A stretch of DNA of 62,389 nt, filler included, from Nemertoderma westbladi (GCA_032718475.1; 3 parts of 3 records of this genome joined end to end with filler, not necessarily neighbours in it); one strand, 5' to 3'; counted from the whole stretch's first letter, positions 12,414-25,640 are shown. A program made the numbers and translations. The notes: generated by a model not told the origin, from the sequence alone.

Positions 12414-13527
12414 CTAGAAGATACAAATTATATCGTCAGGTAATTCCTGACTCATAATAAATAACTTCATTTGGGATAATTTTATAAAACCAAGGAAGGA
12501 CTTCTAGAACATAGTATTAATTATAAAATATAAAAAATAATAGCAAAAAATAAATACTGCTCTAGAAAGTCCTTAGTGTAAAACAAACTAAATCCTATGA
12601 AAGTGATAACTAGGTGAAACATGGAGATTCCAACTAAAAACGTATCCAACGTTAATTAATGAAACACCTTCAGCCCCCTTAATTGTATTTATTTTGCACA
12701 CAGCGTTGTATTAACACGTTATGTTAACCAAAACAATAAACTAATCACAATAGAACAGGTTACAGTTTTATTTTTGAGAGTAATCAGCTGTTATTTGCGT
12801 CGAATTTCCCCTGGAAAGGGATGAATTTTATGGCGTCCAGTTCCTGAATCATCATGAAGCCTTTCACGACGGCTTTCTCCGTTTGCTAGTCCAGAAATTA
12901 TTGTCTCATGGATGTCATGGAATCATGGATGAATTTTTATGGCGTCCAGTCCCCCCCCCCCCCCCCATGTCTGGAAAAAATGGGATGCTTAACTATCTCT
13001 GCTTCACATTCTTGTTTCATTTAAAAAATTACTTAGGATTTACAGATGAATGAGGGGGGGGGGGGGGGGGGGGTGTCATTAAATTATATTATTGTAACTG
13101 TATTACTGGGCGTAAGGAAACACTTACTATATGTACATACATACACAATGTTCCATATATTTGAGCCACTCGCATTAGTTTAATGATTAAAGTTTAACAC
13201 AATTTGTGTCAAAGAAGATTTCGTTACAGATTCAATAAATATAGGGGGGCGAGCCACGAATCGTAACGAAGCCTTCCACGACGGCTTTCTCCGTTTGCTA
13301 GTCCAGAAATTATTGTCTAAAAGTGTAAAAGAATGCCTGAAAAAATAATATCTCAGCAACGGCTATGAAAATGTGTTGAAGATTATGGAATATTTTGAAG
13401 ATCGCGTTCAATGTTTCAGCGTTTTCAGTCCAGACAATGCCTATGTATTTGAACTAATACCTGCATGACAAGATTTACTCATTTCGGCTACGGAAATTAC
13501 CCATAACGGTTCTTTACAATTACTAAC

Positions 13528-13688
13528 TTATCCGCGGAGTAACGGTTGAAACTTCCCGGTTCTGAAATAGAACTGGTAACGACGAGGTATTTTTATCACG
13601 AATTACCGTCGCAATAAACGCCGGAACAAGATTATTCGGATCTGGAGGTCGGTCGGAAGGTTGTTTAATATCTGGTAAATCAGAACAC
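13528..13688 (-). CDS. Internal exon of the same gene
   Basis: ttgcag|G...ATAA|gttagt; 161 nt, phase 2 to 1; CSDLPDIKQPSDRPPDPNN...VTPRI. Confidence 0.75.
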
Positions 13689-13777
13689 CTGCAATAAAAT
13701 CATTGAGTTACTAATAATACTAAATATTGGTTGTAGTTACAATTAAAAATACACAATGATTCTGTTAAGTTACTTAC

Positions 13778-13898
13778 TTGGTAGTCAATTGGTCATCAAT
13801 ATTAGTAGTCCTCCGGTAACCGTGGTTACTTCCAGCTTGTAATGTTGTATCACTTTTGCCGAAGGAACGCGATCTAGTTAAACTTTGTCGAGTTTCTC
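13778..13898 (-). CDS. Internal exon of the same gene
   Basis: tttcag|GA...CCAA|gtaagt; 121 nt, phase 1 to 2; ETRQSLTRSRSFGKSD...DQLTT. Confidence 0.8.
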
Positions 13899-14329
13899 CT
13901 GAAATATTAACTATTATTATAGAGTTTGATGACTGGGATGTATTTCTAATGATTCAGTGTTTAGCTGCATGACAGTATAAAGTAAACAGAAAACAAATAT
14001 AATTGGATGAGTTTTAAGGATAAAAAATAGTATCTTTATAGGAGTGTAATCGTTGCACCGACAACCGACAGATTGACAGACAACAACCACAGCCGACAAC
14101 CACAGACTACAACTACAAATATGATGACACAACAAGCTATGGTTAGAATAGCCTCCACTGTAACCTGTTCCTTTCCATCAATTGATAATTAACATTAAAT
14201 ATAGTTAATCAAGCCTGTGGTGGTCCGCGTTTACACCCTCTTTATAGAAGCTAAGCCAGTCACAAAGCAAGCAGTTAGTTTTTTACCGGTTAGAAACAAT
14301 GCAATGACAGTGTGTTAGGAATAGACTAC

Positions 14330-14437
14330 CTGAGTTTTTAACTCCCGTCTTCATACGCTGAATGTTAATAACACCATCAAGTCCGGAGTAACGGAACTCA
14401 ATATCATCATCGTCAGTTATTGACGAACCAATTGCCG
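14330..14437 (-). CDS. Internal exon of the same gene (most 5' exon confidently placed)
   Basis: cttacag|CG...TCAG|gtagtc; 108 nt, phase 1 to 1; AIGSSITDDDDIEFRYSGLDGVINIQRMKTGVKNS. Confidence 0.75.
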
Positions 14438-17400
14438 CTGTAAGAAATAAATATTTTCATGTAGACAAACTCAATGTGAGTTTTTGCCCTTGAATCTGTT
14501 GTCTCTACTAGTTGATCTACATGTTCACCTGTAACAGGCCTGTGTTATATGATATGGACGGTAACGGCCGCCGTATAAAGTTCTACATTACATAATCCTA
14601 ATCCCAAAAACTTAGATCATAAGTAAAAGGGAAAAGGACGTTACAAAATTGAGATATTTCCTAATGACAATAAAAACTGCGCCTTAATAAGTAGCCTAAG
14701 AATAACCAATAATAATAAATAAAACATGTAACATTTTTCGCGGCTTAAAAACAAATTTGGATTGAATCATTATTTATGTTTCATATTATTATTCATATAT
14801 ATGTGTATGTATGTACTGAAACTTTATACATTTAATTTGATACCTTGATATTTGATAATTACAAGGAACCTGCCTATTAATAGGCCAGGGTAGTTCTTGT
14901 CAAGAGTTGAGCCGTTTAAAAACACGATGTGGTTGTGTGTGTGTGTATATATATATATATATCTAATGATTGTGACCATAAGTCATTTTGAAAGATCAAA
15001 CAAAATATATATAACTTTTATGTAGAATTTAGCGATCTTATGGTTGCATATTATATAGTATTATGTATAATCATATTCTATATAACTCCAGCAATTTCTA
15101 CACTTTAGCCAAATCGGGAAATCCTTGGTAGGACTGGTCATATGGATGCACAACACATTTTGATGATATAAGAATATTTAATTAGTTATGTATATCTATA
15201 TAACTTTATATATGTATTTGGTTTGTTTATAGGACTGTTACTAAGATAAAACATTTCCATTTTTAATTAAACATCAAATTTCACGTTTTTGCCTAACGGA
15301 CCTACACCCTATCACAACATTTAATGAATTAAAATTGTTTTTACTAACTAGTAAACATCATTATGTGCAAATATCACGATTTATAGTTATGACCGCTGAT
15401 CATAGTACCAAACGAGAGAGAGCGAGCTTTGTTGAATAAGAAACGAAGTATGAAATTTTGATACATTACATTAAATTATCACAACTAAAAATGCTAAATA
15501 ATAAATTAATCACATTAATATTGTAACATTTATATCAATTTACGCTATTAATTGCAGACTACAACTACCACTAACTAGACCTAAAATTATAGCTGTTGTT
15601 ATAAAATAATGAATGCCCTCATGCTTTTAAAAATTTTTAATATTAATAAGCTAAATATTATCATCTGCAACTTGAGCTGTATTCTATTTCTCTATTTATT
15701 CCAGCATTGTTCCCTTGACCTTTGGCCTCTGAAAAAATATGCTTTTACAATCCCTCGAATATACGGATAAAAAGTTGGACAAAAAATAATTATTTATGTA
15801 AAAGAATAGTCATTTTTCAAAATTAACAAAATTCATATAAGTTTGAGATAAAATATGCAGCCATATTACAAATTTATAAATCAAATTCCTAAATTCCATA
15901 AAACTGTTTCTTTGATAAACATTTGTTATTTTATTTGCTATAATTATATTGCATTTTCGTTTCCTTTAAGTTTTAAATTCATGAAATAATTAATGATATT
16001 GTATTAATTATCCAAAATATAACTTAAAAAAAACATAATAATAGTTATAATAATATGACAGGCAACCATAAGACATATCAACTGATTATGGTGCATGATT
16101 TATTTAAACTATATTTCAGATTGAGTTGTGGTGTATTGGAAGGTTTGAGGTACTTGAAGTTTTAGCATTATTCTTTATAAACCTTTCCTACTAAATATAC
16201 CGAATAATGTTGAAATTTAATAGGCAGCCATATAACGAATCATTATAAAGAAAAATTTATACAATAATTACATTATCACATTAGATACAACAATTATTGT
16301 ATTTTTCTTTTTATTCATATTTTAAATTGATAAAATAATATTTCATAATGTTTTAATTAAAGAAATAAGGCTTTTAAAATACATATATAATATAATTTTA
16401 TTTATTTGTAATAATTGTATGGAATTAATTTCGCACAAACAAATCGCCAGAGCGACATATTTTCCAGCTTTATACCGCAGTGCGACATGTGCGCAGTGCA
16501 CATTAGTTATGAAATAAGACATGCAACCATAATACAGTCCTAGTGCTTAAGGCTGCATGTTTTATTTAAACTTTACTTTTGAAGCGAGTTTGTAGGTAAT
16601 GGTTGTTTGAACATTGAACTAAGTAGATATTTCTCGAATAATTCGAGAAAATTCAGATTTATTTTAATTTTAACATATTAATTCTGACTTTCTGACCGTT
16701 TGTCTGTTGATCTGTTTTACATAATATAGTATCTCTCAACCCATAGCAAAAACCTATGGCATGGAGTTTTCCTAGTCTGTGATTTCATTCCCGATTACGG
16801 TTTTCATGTTTGGTGGCATCTAGACAGTCTGTATGTCTGTCCGTTTGCCTGCCTATGTGTCTGTCAAAATATAATATTTCACCATACAAAGCTAAAATCT
16901 TGGGCATCTGTGTTTTATCGTTATCAGACTTCATTTTTAGTGGCATATAAACTGTTTTCGATCAGTCTTACATAATTAAATTTCGACCACAAGTTATTAT
17001 ATCCCAGAATACAGGAGTTTGCGCACCAAATATACTTTTTTTACCGCCCCAAATAGGTAAAATAGCCCCAAATTTCAGTTAGTCAGTCAGTCAGCAACGA
17101 TTCGGTTCCTAATAACGGATCTACTGATAGCTAAATTATAATTACTTAGTCAAGCTGATAAACCCAGAATTGCTAATTAAAGTTGTGTGGTTTAGCGGAT
17201 CACATTACTTATCAAATGTCAAGCAGATTATTGTATTGGAAACCGATTGCTTATTAGAGTTGTTTTCATCCAAACCCAGTAGCTAATACACGGATTACGT
17301 ATTACGCACGTGCTGTAGGAATGAATATAAGTCACTGCAAACAAGTATTGTACTTTCTGTTTTGGTCGGCCTCCACCATACGAGTTTCGTATTATGTTTT

Positions 17401-18142
17401 TTTTTGAGAAGCCGTTCTGTAGTGCAGATGATCGTTGGATCCACTAATATGACATGCAACCATAAGACAGCTCCATTGCTTATGGCTGCATGTTTTATTT
17501 AAACTTCATCTCATACATGAGTCTACATGCAATGGGTGGTATATCTAAATAGATTGAGGCACTTGAATTAAGGTTGAAATATGATATACAGCCGTATAAC
17601 AGTGTAGTTAGACTTAAAATAAACCTAATATTATTTAAAATAATGCACGCAACCGTATTGGAAGTTCTAGTGCTTATGGCTGCACGTTTTATTTAAACTG
17701 TATTCCAGAAAAGAGTTGTATTGTAGTGGGGGCTGGTTTATCTAAACAGATAATTCTCAGAAAAGTTCGAGTAATTCCGATTTTTTTAAAGTTTTCATTA
17801 CTTGATATTGGAATAATTAGGAATATTGATGTAATTCATATCCAATTTAATTTGTATCACTAATTAATTGCAGTTATTACAACAAAGTTACGGTAAACAA
17901 TTATAAAATTAGCATATAATAGTTGCTATGAAGCTATGCAGAAGAATACAGACGTGTTTAAGAGATTATTATTACTAAGTTAGTGATAGTTAGTTATAGA
18001 AGTATAAGTACGTTCGTCCTATAGGCCGCAACGCTGCAATACGGTACTTTACTGCGTTAAGAGTAAAACACCAGAACTCTGAAAAGTTCGCATAATATTG
18101 TTGCAAATGTACCAATTGTTGATATCACACGTCAACCTTTTA

Positions 18143-18645
18143 GAGTTTATTTAGGGCAGCAGTAGAGACAGCCTTCTTAGATGGGAGTCCATGCTGGTCT
18201 CTGACTGACTGCAGAGTATACAAAACCTCTGGATGGCACATTCACAATAATGCTTCGCCGGGGTCATTGTGTCAAGAAGAATGAACACATCTCCATAACC
18301 AGACTCTGAACAACATCGGAAGTGTTTTATTAGTCCCCGCAAGCTTTTGTTTGAACTGAGCTGCCACCGCCTTGTAGGACATTGCTTTCACCGTGTGGAC
18401 CAGCCTGTGCATAATCTTGTGCTTTGGCGGCCTCATGGAACGACTATGTATGGTGGTAAGCCCATGACTTTCTTGAGACGCATTTTAAAGAACACTGGAC
18501 TTGAAGATGCGGATGATCTAGCAAATGTCATGGGTGATAGGGAGTTGAGGTGGAGCAATTTTATCGACAAGCCGAACATCTTTCTTAATATATTTGATAT
18601 AATTAATGCAGCCGCAATGCAACATGCCGATAGTAGTAGTAGTAG
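18143..18645 (+). mobile_element. 3' fragment of the same RTE-like LINE family as 5385-6977
   Basis: Aligns by eye to ~6500-6977 (GGGAGTCCATGCTGG, GGACCAGCC.GTGCATAATCTTGT, AATGCAGC.GCAATGCA.CATGCCGAT); ends in (TAG)5. Confidence 0.88.
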
Positions 18646-18779
18646 TTATAGATGTTTGTTGATACCAATAGAAAGGTAGAAGAAATATAGGGTATAAAAG
18701 TTTCATCAATTATTATCTGCTTGTAGCAATTAATCTATATTATTGTGTACCGACATTTGCTGGGGCTCATATCCATATA

Positions 18780-21700
18780 CAATATATTAGACCAGACAGC
18801 TAAAATTTTCCATATGTAGATTTTCATCACTGATGTCATTTCCCATATCAGTTTTCAAGTTTGGCGGCATTTGTACAGTTTGTATGTCTGTTCGTTTGTC
18901 GAAAAACAATATGACACCCTACAAAGCTAAAATCACGGTAATGACTGTTTTCTTCGACTCAGACTTCATTTACGGTATCAGTTTTGATGTTTGGCAGCAT
19001 TTGTAAAGTTTGTATGTCTGTCCGTTTATCAGTCGATCTGTCTGTCAAAATACAATATGACACCCTATAAAGCTTAAATCTTGGGAATGTCTGTTTTCTT
19101 AAATTCCGACTTCATGTACGGTATCAGTTTTCATGTTTGGCAGAATTTGTACAGTTTGTATACGTCTGTCCGTTTGTCAGTCGATCTGTCCGTCAAAATA
19201 CAATATGACACCCTATAAAGCTTAAATCTTGGGAATGTCTGTTTTCTTAAATTCCGACTTCATGTACGGTATCAGTTTTCAAGTTTGGCAGAATTTGTAC
19301 AGTTTGTATACGTCTGTCCGTTTGTCAGTCGATCTGTCCGTCAAAATACAATATGACACCCTACAAAGCTAAAATCCTGGGAATGTCTGTTTTCTTGCAC
19401 TCTGACTTCATTTACCGTATCAGTTTTCATGTTTGGCAGCAATTGAACAGTTTGTTTGTCTGTCCGTTTATCAGTCGATCTGTCTGTCAAAATACAATAT
19501 GACACCCTTCAAATTCTAAAATCCTGAGAATGTCTGTTTTCTTGGACTCTGACTTCATTTACCGTATCAGTTTTCATGTTTGGCAGCATTGTACAGTTTA
19601 TTATGACTGTCCGTTTGTCAGTCAATCTGTCTGTCAAAATACAATATGACACCATACAAAGCTAAAATCCCGGGAATGTCTGTTTTCTTGGACTCTGACT
19701 TCATTTAGTGTATCAGATGTCATGTTTGGCAGCAATTGAACAGTTTGTTTGTCTGTCCGTTTATCAGTCGATCTGTCTGTCAAAATACAATATGACACCC
19801 TTCAAATTCTAAAATCCTGAGAATGTCTGTTTTCTTGAACTCTGACTTCATTTACCGTATCAGTTTTCATGTTTGGCAGCATTGTACAGTTTATTATGAC
19901 TGTCCGTTTGTCAGTCAATCTGTCTGTCAAAATACAATATGACACCATACAAAGCTAAAATCCCGGGAATATCTGTTTTCTTGGACTCTGACTTCATTTA
20001 CTGTTTCAGTTGTCATGTTTGGCAGCAATTGAACAGTTTGTATGTCTGTCCGTTTGTCAGTCGATGTGTCTGTCAAAATACAATATGACACCCTTCAAAT
20101 TCTAAAATCCTGAGAATGTCTGTTTTCTTGGACTCTGACTTCATTTACCGTGTCAGTTTTCATGTTTGGCAGCATTTTTACAGTTTGTATGTCTGTCCGT
20201 TTGTCAGTCAATCTGTCTGTCAAAATACAATATGACACCATACAAAGCTAAAATCCCGGGAATGTCTCTTTTCTTGGACTCTGACTTCATTTGCGGTATC
20301 AGTTTCATGTTTTGCAGCATTTTTACAGTTTGTAAGTCTGTCCGTTTGTCAGTCATTCTGTCTGTCAAAATACAATATGACACCATACAAAGCTAACATC
20401 CCGGGAATGTCTGTTTTCTTGGACTCTGACTTCATTTAGTGTATCAGATTTCATGTTTGGCAGCAATTGAACAGTTTGTTTGTCTGTCCGTTTATCAGTC
20501 GATCTGTCTGTCAAAATACAATATGACACCCTGCAAATTCTAAAATCCTGTGAATGTCTGTTTTCTTGGACTCAGACTTCATTTACGGTATCAGTTTTGA
20601 TGTTTGGCAGCATTTGTAAAGTTTGTATGTCTGTCCGTTTGTCAGTCGATCTGTCTGTCAAAATACAATATGACATCATACAAAGCTAAAATCCCGGGAA
20701 TATCTGTTTTCTTGGACTCTGACTTCATTTACTGTATCAGTTTTCATGTTTGGCAGCAATTGAACAGTTTGTATGTCTGTCCGTTTGTAAGTCAATGTGT
20801 CTGTCAAAATACAATATGACACCATACAAAGCTAAAATCCCGGGAATATCTGTTTTCTTGGACTCTGACTTCATTTACTGTATCAGTTTTCATGTTTGGC
20901 AGCAATTGAAGAGTTTGTATGTCTGTCCGTTTGTCAGTCAATGTGTCTGTCAAAATACAATATGACACCATACAATGCTAAAATCCCGGGAATGTCTGTT
21001 TTCTTGGACTCTGACTTCATTTACTGTATCAGTTTTCATGTTTGGCAGCAATTGAACAGTTTGTATGTCTGTCCGTTTGTCAGTCGATGTGTCTGTCAAA
21101 ATACAATATGACACCATACAAAGCTAAAATCCCGGGAATGTCTGTTTTCTTAGACTCTGACTTCATTTACTGTATCAGTTTTCATGTTTGGCAGCAATTG
21201 AACAGTTTATTATGTCTGTCCGTTTGTCAGTCAATCTGTCTGTCAAAATACAATATCACACCATACAAAGCTAAAATATCGGGAATGTCTGTTTTCTTGG
21301 ACTCTGAATTCATTTACTGTATCAGTTGTCATGTTTGCCAGTATTGTACAGTTTGTATGTCTGTCCGTTTGTCAGTCAATCTGTCTGTCAAAATACAATA
21401 TGACACCATACAAGCTAACATCCCGGGAATGTCTGTTTTCTTGGACTCTGACTTCATTTAGTGTATCAGATTTCATGTTTGGCAGCAATTGAACAGTTTG
21501 TTTGTCTGTCCGTTTATCAGTCGATCTGTCTATCAAAATACAATATGACACCCTGCAAATTCTAAAATCCTGTGAATGTCTGTTTTCTTGGACTCTGACT
21601 TCATTTACGGTATCAGTTTCCATGTTTGGCAGCAATTTTACAGTTTGTAAGTCTGTCCGTTTGTCTGTCAATCTGTCTGTCAAAATACAATATGACACCA

Positions 21701-22260
21701 TACAAAGCTAACATCCCGGGAATGTCTGTTTTCTTGGACTCTGACTTCATTTAGTGTATCAGATTTCATGTTTGGCAGCAATTGAACAGTTTGTTTGTCT
21801 GTCCGTTTATCAGTCGATCTGTCTGTCAAAATACAATATGACACCCTGCAAATTCTGAAATCCTGTGAATGTCAGTTTTCTTGGACTCTGACTTCATTAT
21901 GTATCAGTTTCAATGTTTGGCAGCAATTTTACAGTTTGTAAGTCTGTCCGTTTGTCTGTCAATCTGTCTGTCAAAATACAATATGACACCCTATAAAGCT
22001 TAAATCTTGGGAATGTCTGTTTTTGGACTCTGAATTAATTTGCGGTATCAGTTTCAATGTTTGGCAACAATTTTACAGTTTGTACGTCTGTCCGTTTATC
22101 TGTCAATATGTCAGTCAAAATATATTTTAACACACCGCAAAACAAAAAAATTCGATACGTGCTTTTTATTGTTCTCTGATTTCATTCCAATATCAATTCT
22201 CATGTTTTATGTCACCTTGACTGTTTGACTGTCAAAATATCATATATCACCCTACAAAGC
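18780..22260. repeat. ~146-bp satellite, about 24 copies; degenerate monomers also at ~16680-16990 and ~22680-22900
   Basis: AATACAATATGACACC recurs at 146-148-bp spacing. Each unit carries a GTCTGTCC-type microsatellite. Confidence 0.96.
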
Positions 22261-22268
22261 AAGTTTTC

Positions 22269-22673
22269 TGGGACCGAATTGTCCGGTACCGAATTGTTCG
22301 GGACCGAATTGTCCTAGGACCGAATTTTCTGGGACCGAATTGTCTGGGACCGAATTGTCCGGTACCGAATTGTCCGGTACCGAATAGTCCGTATCTTGAT
22401 AGAAATATAATTCGGACCAAAAACAATTTAATATGAAAATTGAATTACAAATATTTATATACTTATTTAGCATAATATTAATATGTATAAATTCAAGAAT
22501 AAAAACGTATTAAATCAATAGCTTAATTTAATTTAATTTGGTCCTGGAAAATTCGGTCCCATTAAATATGTATGTTATGGGACCGAATTTTCTAAGTCAG
22601 TATCCGGTCAATTAGGTCCCAAAACACTAAATTAAAGGGACCGAATTGAGCGGGCTTGAATTGTCCTGATTCC
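22269..22673. mobile_element. MULE-type MITE terminal fragments built from 15-bp GGGACCGAATTGTCC repeats
   Basis: Eight tandem 15-16-mers at 22269-22390 and inverted copies at 22540-22673 ending GAATTGTCCTGATTCC. Same architecture as the 9-bp-TSD element at 42517-43760. No TSD recognised. Confidence 0.55.
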
Positions 22674-24476
22674 ATTTTCTTGGTGTCTGTCTTATTTTCG
22701 ATATCATTTTTCATGTTTGGTGGCATCTCAACTGTCTGTCTGTCTTTCCGTTTGTCTGTCAATCCGTATGTTAAAAGATATTATATCGCACCACATAGTT
22801 AAAATCTTATGAGGTTTACCTGGTCTCGGATTTCATTTCCGATGTTAGCATTATTGATTGGCTGCAATGAAACTGTTTGTATGTTATGTCAGTATTGATG
22901 TTCAGACAGACAAAAAATTTCGTCCAGGAAATCCCAAATAATGGCGAATATTTTAGAATAACGTCGTCGTTGTTCTATTTTAGATTGTTGGTATGCCGTC
23001 TAACATTTTGATGGACAAACCAACATGATGGACATGAAAAGACAGCTAGCTAGCTAGCTACAGTATTATAACTCGAGAAATAAAAGATATGTGGTGAGGC
23101 CATTTTCACATGAAACATGGAACATTTCACATTTTTCATGAAAATCTTAAGAGACACGAACAAAGATAAAATAAATCATACAGCCAGCTATAAAGTCCAT
23201 CTATTACCTGATTGCTTATGGCTGCATGTTTTATTTTATCATTTAATTTGCAGCCATAAGCGTGGGCGCAAATGGCCTTATGGCTGCAGGGTAAATTATT
23301 TCCATGCAGCCATAAGTCATTTAAAAAAAATAAAAGTTTCAGCTAAATATATAATATAACATAATTTATATAGCCAATTGTGCCAGATATATGGTTCCTC
23401 CAATTCCCTATCGGGAAATATGAAGCCATAAGGCCGGTCATCTCTTATGGCTGCATGTGACCATAAGGCCATTTTTGTGACCATAAGGCCATTGTCTTAT
23501 ATATGATGCAGCCATAAGACTTTACCCAATCGGGTAAAACCGGCATTATGGCTGCATGTGAGATACATATATGTATAACCATCCAATATCTCAAAAACTC
23601 AAGCAGGTACGCAAAAATTTTAATAACAAACTCTCCATAAATTTTGGTTGCGCACAAGACTATATTTTTTGTGGCGTTTCGATCACGGGGTCACTGAAAA
23701 ATAGCGGTTTTGAAAATTTAAAGTCGAATTTCACCGATTTCAACTCGTCGAGTAGGCACCAACGTTTTTATTTGAGATATTCAGTCATTTGAGCAACATA
23801 TTTGAGCCTCAGAATCTTTTCAAATATCGCCAATCTCGCACAGAACGTCGCCAAAATTTGTTAGTCCGGCAAAAAAACGCACAAATTCGTCTAAAAGAGT
23901 AAATTATTTAGTTGCGGAATAATATGATTCAACTAGAAAAGCCAGCCAGCTGGCTGTAAGGAGACCGTCCATATAGACACGTTGTGGGGTCTTCGAGCAG
24001 CACGGGTTCAAATGTTCAATGACTGAGCAGCGACTAATTAACAAATTTATGAGAGATTCATTGACCAGCTACAGACAGACCAATATTGTGACATATATTT
24101 TAGTTTAATGTTTGATTCAATTAGAGGCACAAATTAAAAAGCCTACAAATATATAGGGGTGAATAATTAAATTAGTCACCCATTAAAAGGTAGTCAAATA
24201 TAAGTTGCAATCTATATAAATTTTTAAATTCAGTAGTGTGCGTGTGTTGTGTATTGATTCCGTAGATTTCATGTTGAAATAGCGTTCATTAATTTAATTT
24301 CTATTTAATGATTCATGCATACTAATACACACATTAAATTAGTTCGCGTGTGTTAAGTGTGTAAGATTTGATTGTTTCGTCACGAAACCATTAGGGCACA
24401 GAAACTGACGGATTCTTCGCGAATTTCGCAAACGTCGCAAACTTCGGGAATTTGTTCTACAATTTTGACTCCTTAA

Positions 24477-24850
24477 GCAAAAGGGTCCCGAATGAGTTTT
24501 TTAACCTTTATTTTTTGTGATTTTGAGTGCTTTTTTTATATTAGTGAATATTCTAGAACCTTAGTAGATTTTTAATGGTATATAGCTAGTATTTTTTACT
24601 AGCTAGTAATTTTTGGAAATTATTTTGGTCATTAATATATTCTTCAACAGTTTAACCTGAAATATCATGGACTTTCACATTTTTTATAATTTCAAAAAAT
24701 ACTAGCTAGCAAAAAATCACTAGCTATCATAAAAAACATATCTACTAATGTTGTAGAACTTTCACCAATACCAAAAAATTAAAAAACTCTAAAAAAGGAT
24801 TGGTGAAAAATGGCTGGGGTGTCGACAGGGCGAAGTAGGGACCGTGTTGC
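24477..24850. mobile_element. Palindromic TTAA-flanked MITE (Kolobok-like)
   Basis: TTAA|GCAAAAGGGTCCC ... GGGACCGTGTTGC|TTAA, with internal inverted TAGCTAGT...TTTTT and AAAAA...ACTAGCTA blocks. Confidence 0.65.
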
Positions 24851-24854
24851 TTAA

Positions 24855-24922
24855 CCCCTTAGAGCCTATGACGTCCACTGCACGTCACCATGGTCAACAC
24901 GAAAACGTGCAGTGGACGTCAT
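24855..24922 (+). mobile_element. piggyBac-like left terminus
   Basis: TTAA|CCCCTT followed by a perfect 18-bp inverted repeat ATGACGTCCACTGCACGT (24868-24885) and ACGTGCAGTGGACGTCAT (24905-24922). No matching right end seen. Confidence 0.5.
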
Positions 24923-25094
24923 GCTGGAATACATGTTTTATTGGAAGGCTCTTGGAGTAGGTATACTGGTGGATAGTATTAATGACATTTATTGCTCTTC
25001 GTGGCAAAAAATCCATTCTGTACTGTAGATAGGCTGTATTGTAGACTGTATTATTAGTGTTAGGTATATGGCGTAATGCCAACCACAGTACAGT

Positions 25095-25640
25095 AGTTCA
25101 GACTGACAGAGAGACCGACAGACAGACAGACAGACTAGATTTATGTAAACGTGTAAACTGACATCAGAAATGAAATCAGCAACCCTTAAACCCCCATAGC
25201 GAGAATGTTGGTTAGTTAGTATACTTTCTTAAGTTTTCACAGACTGACTGACAGAAAGACCGACAGCCAGACAGACTAGATTTTTTTAAACGTGAAAACT
25301 GACATCTGAAATAAACTTAGCACCCATTAAAACCCCCATAACGAGAATGTTAGTTAGTTTGTATTCTTTTTTAAGTTTTGACAGACTGACTGACTGACAG
25401 AAAGACCGACAAACAGACAGTCTAGATTTATGTAAACCTGAAAACTGACATCAGAAATGAAATCAGCACCCCTTAAAACCCCCATAGCGAGAATGTTAGT
25501 TAATTTGAATTCTCTTTTATGTTTTGACAGACTGACTGACAGAATGACCGACAGACAGACAGACTAGATTTATGTAAACGTGAAAACTGACATCAGAAAT
25601 GTAATCAGCACTCCTTAAAACCCCCATAGTGAGAATGTTA
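25095..25640. repeat. ~140-145-bp-spaced tandem repeat with a ~130-bp conserved core, about 4 copies, with GACA microsatellite; related to the 146-bp satellite in reverse orientation
   Basis: Recurrent GAAAACTGACATCAGAAATGAAATCAG, whose reverse complement resembles CTGACTTCATTTACTGTATCAGTTTTC of the 146-bp unit. Confidence 0.85.

Noticed and set aside
15660-15730. Additional minus-strand exon (ttttcag|AGGCCAAAGG...)
   Set aside because: Good acceptor, but no convincing donor before in-frame stops; it cannot be joined to the gene model.
20166-22473. Cluster of similar small ORFs (MAAIEQFVCLSVCQS..., NSVPD repeats)
   Set aside because: Translations of the 146-bp satellite and the 15-bp TIR repeats.
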